A DNA stretch of 64,000 nt, taken from contig JANODL010000152.1 in the NCBI GenBank assembly GCA_031412675.1, positions 5,018-69,017 on the forward strand, read 5' to 3'. The first letter of the stretch is position 1. Every line of letters starts with the position of its first letter. Under the pieces are notes generated by a model. The model saw nothing but the letters and a program-made list of their open reading frames with translations, was not told the origin of the DNA and made no database searches. The position numbers and the translations under genes are program-made. Below are positions 61,783 through 64,000 of this stretch, piece by piece. Origin of the DNA: Acidobacteriota bacterium (lineage in GTDB: Bacteria; Acidobacteriota; Blastocatellia; Pyrinomonadales; Pyrinomonadaceae).

Positions 61783-61865
61783 AAACAACGATTAACGCCG
61801 AATTAGACGGATTACTTTTTGAAATCAGTTCAAAAATCTGTGCAAATCAGCGTTAATCGTTGTTT
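61783..61865. terminator. 16-bp inverted repeat between convergent genes
   Basis: AAACAACGATTAACGC (61783-98) pairs with GCGTTAATCGTTGTTT (61850-65). The loop is about 51 nt, so terminator function is uncertain. Confidence 0.4.
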
Positions 61866-62539
61866 CAAACAATCGTCATAATTTCTTCGAGCGGTTTGCG
61901 TTTGATGTCGGGAACTTTGGCGTTTTCCGCCGGATAGCCAACCGGAATCAGCACGAACGGCACTTCGGTTTTCGGGCGACCTAAGATTTCCTGTAAAAAT
62001 TTCATCGGACTCGGCGTGTGCGTGAGCGTTGCCAAACCCGCATTATGCAATGCGGCGAGCAGAAATCCGACGGAAATTCCGACCGATTCCTGCGAATAAT
62101 AAGTCGGTTCGGTTTCGCCGTTTTCAACAATTGAAGTAATCCGAAAAACGACAATCAAAACGGGCGCGATTTCGAGAAAAGGTTTGTTTTCGTCCGTTCC
62201 CAAAGGCGCAAGGCGGCGCAGCCATTTGTCCGACATTCGCTTATGATAGCTTTCAAATTCCTCACGTTCGGCGGCTTCGCGGATTTTGCGTTTTGTTTCC
62301 GCATCCGTCACAACGACAAAACGCCACGGTTGCATATTTGCGCCCGACGGCGCAGTTCCGGCGGTTTGAATCGCTTCTTCAATCAGTTCAAACGGCACGT
62401 CTTTGGCGGAATATTCGCGCACCGTTCGGCGGCGGTTTAAAGTTTCGTAAAACTCACAAGCGCGGCGGATTTGTTCGGTTTCGTCGGCGATTTGTTGAAA
62501 TTCAAGCGGGATAAATTTGGGTTCGGGCAAGTTGTTCAT
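61865..62539 (-). CDS. nitroreductase family protein (iodotyrosine-deiodinase-like subgroup)
   Basis: RRTVREYS...APSGANMQPWRFVVV is the nitroreductase signature. 224 aa. Confidence 0.85.
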   Translation of the reverse strand: MNNLPEPKFIPLEFQQIADETEQIRRACEFYETLNRRRTVREYSAKDVPFELIEEAIQTAGTAPSGANMQPWRFVVVTDAETKRKIREAAEREEFESYHKRMSDKWLRRLAPLGTDENKPFLEIAPVLIVVFRITSIVENGETEPTYYSQESVGISVGFLLAALHNAGLATLTHTPSPMKFLQEILGRPKTEVPFVLIPVGYPAENAKVPDIKRKPLEEIMTIV

Positions 62540-62545
62540 AAGTTC

Positions 62546-63244
62546 TTACGGTAAATAATTATCTAATTTCAAGACAAATTTATTCCTTTCCGCGTCGAAA
62601 TAATACGAAGAAACCGCGCCGTTTTCGATGTCGCACGACCGATCAATCGCCATAATTTCCTCTTCGGTCAATTTTTCGACAACGTAGCGAAAAACGCGGA
62701 TAACGACCTCGTGCGTGATGATTAAAACCTTCTCATCGTGAAAGTTCAGACATAAATCGCGCCAAAAAGAACGCAGACGCAGACCGACATCCGCCCAATT
62801 TTCGCCACCGAGCGGACGATAATAAAATTTCCCTAAAGACTCGCGTTTTTCGCATTCTTCGGGAAATTTCTGCATCGCGCCGAGCCGTGTCAGACGGTCG
62901 AAAATTCCGAGTTCGCGTTCGCGGAGTCTTTCGTCCTGATGGATTTCGATGTTTTGAAACTTGGCATTTTCAGTAATCAAACGCGCCGTTTCAAAAGTGC
63001 GACGATAAGGCGAAGCAAAAATCACGGTCGGCTTCACGGGCTGAAATTTAAACCAGCGACCGACGGAAATCGCTTGCCCGATGCCAGTTTCGGATAAAGG
63101 AATATCCATCTCGCGCTCATCGTAATCAATCGTCAAAAGTTTTTCGGCTTCCGCCTTTTGCCGCGCCAGATTTGCCGTGCTTTGTCCGTGACGAATCAGC
63201 CAGAGCGATTTCGGGTTTGAGATTTGAGATTTCGGATTATTCAT
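62546..63244 (-). CDS. histidine phosphatase (phosphoglycerate mutase) family protein
   Basis: LWLIRHGQSTAN is the RHG motif and a downstream His lies in LIITHEVVIR. The ATG at 63244 was chosen. The first ~12 codons lie in a heptamer array. Confidence 0.85.
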   Translation of the reverse strand: MNNPKSQISNPKSLWLIRHGQSTANLARQKAEAEKLLTIDYDEREMDIPLSETGIGQAISVGRWFKFQPVKPTVIFASPYRRTFETARLITENAKFQNIEIHQDERLRERELGIFDRLTRLGAMQKFPEECEKRESLGKFYYRPLGGENWADVGLRLRSFWRDLCLNFHDEKVLIITHEVVIRVFRYVVEKLTEEEIMAIDRSCDIENGAVSSYYFDAERNKFVLKLDNYLP

Positions 63245-63245
63245 T

Positions 63246-63689
63246 TCAAATTGCAATTGTCATCTCTGCCAATTTTGCCAGTAAGTTTTCTTCGGTCAAT
63301 TCACTATAATTCAAAAAATGAAAGTCAAAATTATTTGGATACTCTTGATTTAGCTTCTTTCCCAAAATTTGAATACTTTCAGTACGAATTGCGTATTCAG
63401 CTTCTACCTCTTGATTATTAATGGTCAGTAACAATTTAATTTTTATATTTTCCTTTAGCCACTCCGTATTATTGAACAACCAAAAATACTTGGAAATGCT
63501 TTCAACAGGTCGTTTATTGTTTTCATATTCAAAAAGTAAGACTCTATCGGAGTGATAGAAAGCATCGTCCGGCATAATTCGATAATTGCGACCGTTTAAC
63601 TGCAACATACAGCCTTTTTTATGGGCTGGGAAATCTTGTGTAGTCTTAAAATATTGAATAACTATTTGTCTTGTTTCTTCAATCGTCAT
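63246..63689 (-). CDS. hypothetical protein (147 aa), AT-rich gene
   Basis: A clean ORF tightly packed between xth and the phosphatase gene. Its GC content is much lower than its neighbours by eye. It contains a possible D...ExE..K segment (SDRVLLFEYENNK). Confidence 0.55.
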   Translation of the reverse strand: MTIEETRQIVIQYFKTTQDFPAHKKGCMLQLNGRNYRIMPDDAFYHSDRVLLFEYENNKRPVESISKYFWLFNNTEWLKENIKIKLLLTINNQEVEAEYAIRTESIQILGKKLNQEYPNNFDFHFLNYSELTEENLLAKLAEMTIAI

Positions 63690-64000
63690 TATATTTCAAA
63701 TTCGGCAACGACGGGCGTGTGATCTGACGGGCGTTCCCATGTGCGCGGTTCTTTATCGATCCAGCAGCCGACGCATTTTTCCGCCAAACTTTTGCTCGTC
63801 CAGATATGATCAATCCGCAGACCGTGATTTTTCGGGAATGCGCCTTCGCGGTAATTCCACCACGAAAATTCCTGTAAATCGCCGTTGATTTGGCGGAAAA
63901 CGTCAACAAAACCCCATTGTTTGACGTGATGAATCGCAGCGCGTTCGGGCTTTGAAAAATGCAGTTTGCCTTCCCATGCTTTAACATTCCAAACGTCCAA
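63689..64000 (-). CDS. xth: exodeoxyribonuclease III, C-terminal part (N-terminus lies outside the window)
   Basis: ...GLRIDHIWTS...RPSDHTPVVAEFEI is the typical ExoIII/EEP C-terminus. Confidence 0.9.
   Translation of the reverse strand: MDVWNVKAWEGKLHFSKPERAAIHHVKQWGFVDVFRQINGDLQEFSWWNYREGAFPKNHGLRIDHIWTSKSLAEKCVGCWIDKEPRTWERPSDHTPVVAEFEI

Overview
This is a 64 kb stretch of bacterial chromosome, densely coding and of moderate GC by eye, with AT-rich intergenic spacers. It has no rRNA, no CRISPR array and no transposase or integrase gene.

**Housekeeping genes.** Recognisable genes are trpS, polA, prfB, ftsK, lnt, purH, comEA/comEC, a partial xth, an NAD-aldehyde dehydrogenase, UDP-glucuronate decarboxylase, tRNA-Ala(CGC) and tRNA-Glu(UUC).

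**Secreted and surface genes.** These include a TPR-CHAT protease, an S9 peptidase, a gluzincin peptidase, a TPR-retropepsin protein, two VWA proteins flanking an Ig/cadherin-repeat adhesin, a WG-repeat protein and a CarboxypepD_reg protein. This gene content looks Acidobacteriota-like, but that is a weak inference.

**Toxin-antitoxin modules.** There are three small modules: mazEF, DUF433/DUF5615, and a PIN-like gene with a downstream small ORF.

I did not find a convincing multi-gene novel defence system. The most interesting signals are non-canonical:
1. A 441-codon LAGLIDADG intein splits polA inside the GRLS|STDPNLQNIP motif.
2. At least three families of REPIN/MITE-like inverted-repeat elements sit in tight intergenic spacers.
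3. Arrays of 7-nt tandem repeats occur at 15 or more loci, usually paired with their reverse complement to form long hairpins. Two arrays lie inside the 5' parts of ORFs.
4. A near-consensus sigma54 promoter drives an orphan GC-rich transcript of about 150 nt that ends in an 11-bp GNRA hairpin.
5. Four perfect TTTTCCACA DnaA boxes lie within 49 bp between ftsK and comEA.
6. Gene relics: a diverged ghost of the trpS 3' end brackets an amidohydrolase gene, and a peptidase C-terminal fragment and a Ser/Thr-kinase N-terminal fragment lie next to tRNA-Ala.

All coordinates and alignments were worked out by eye. No database searches were run.
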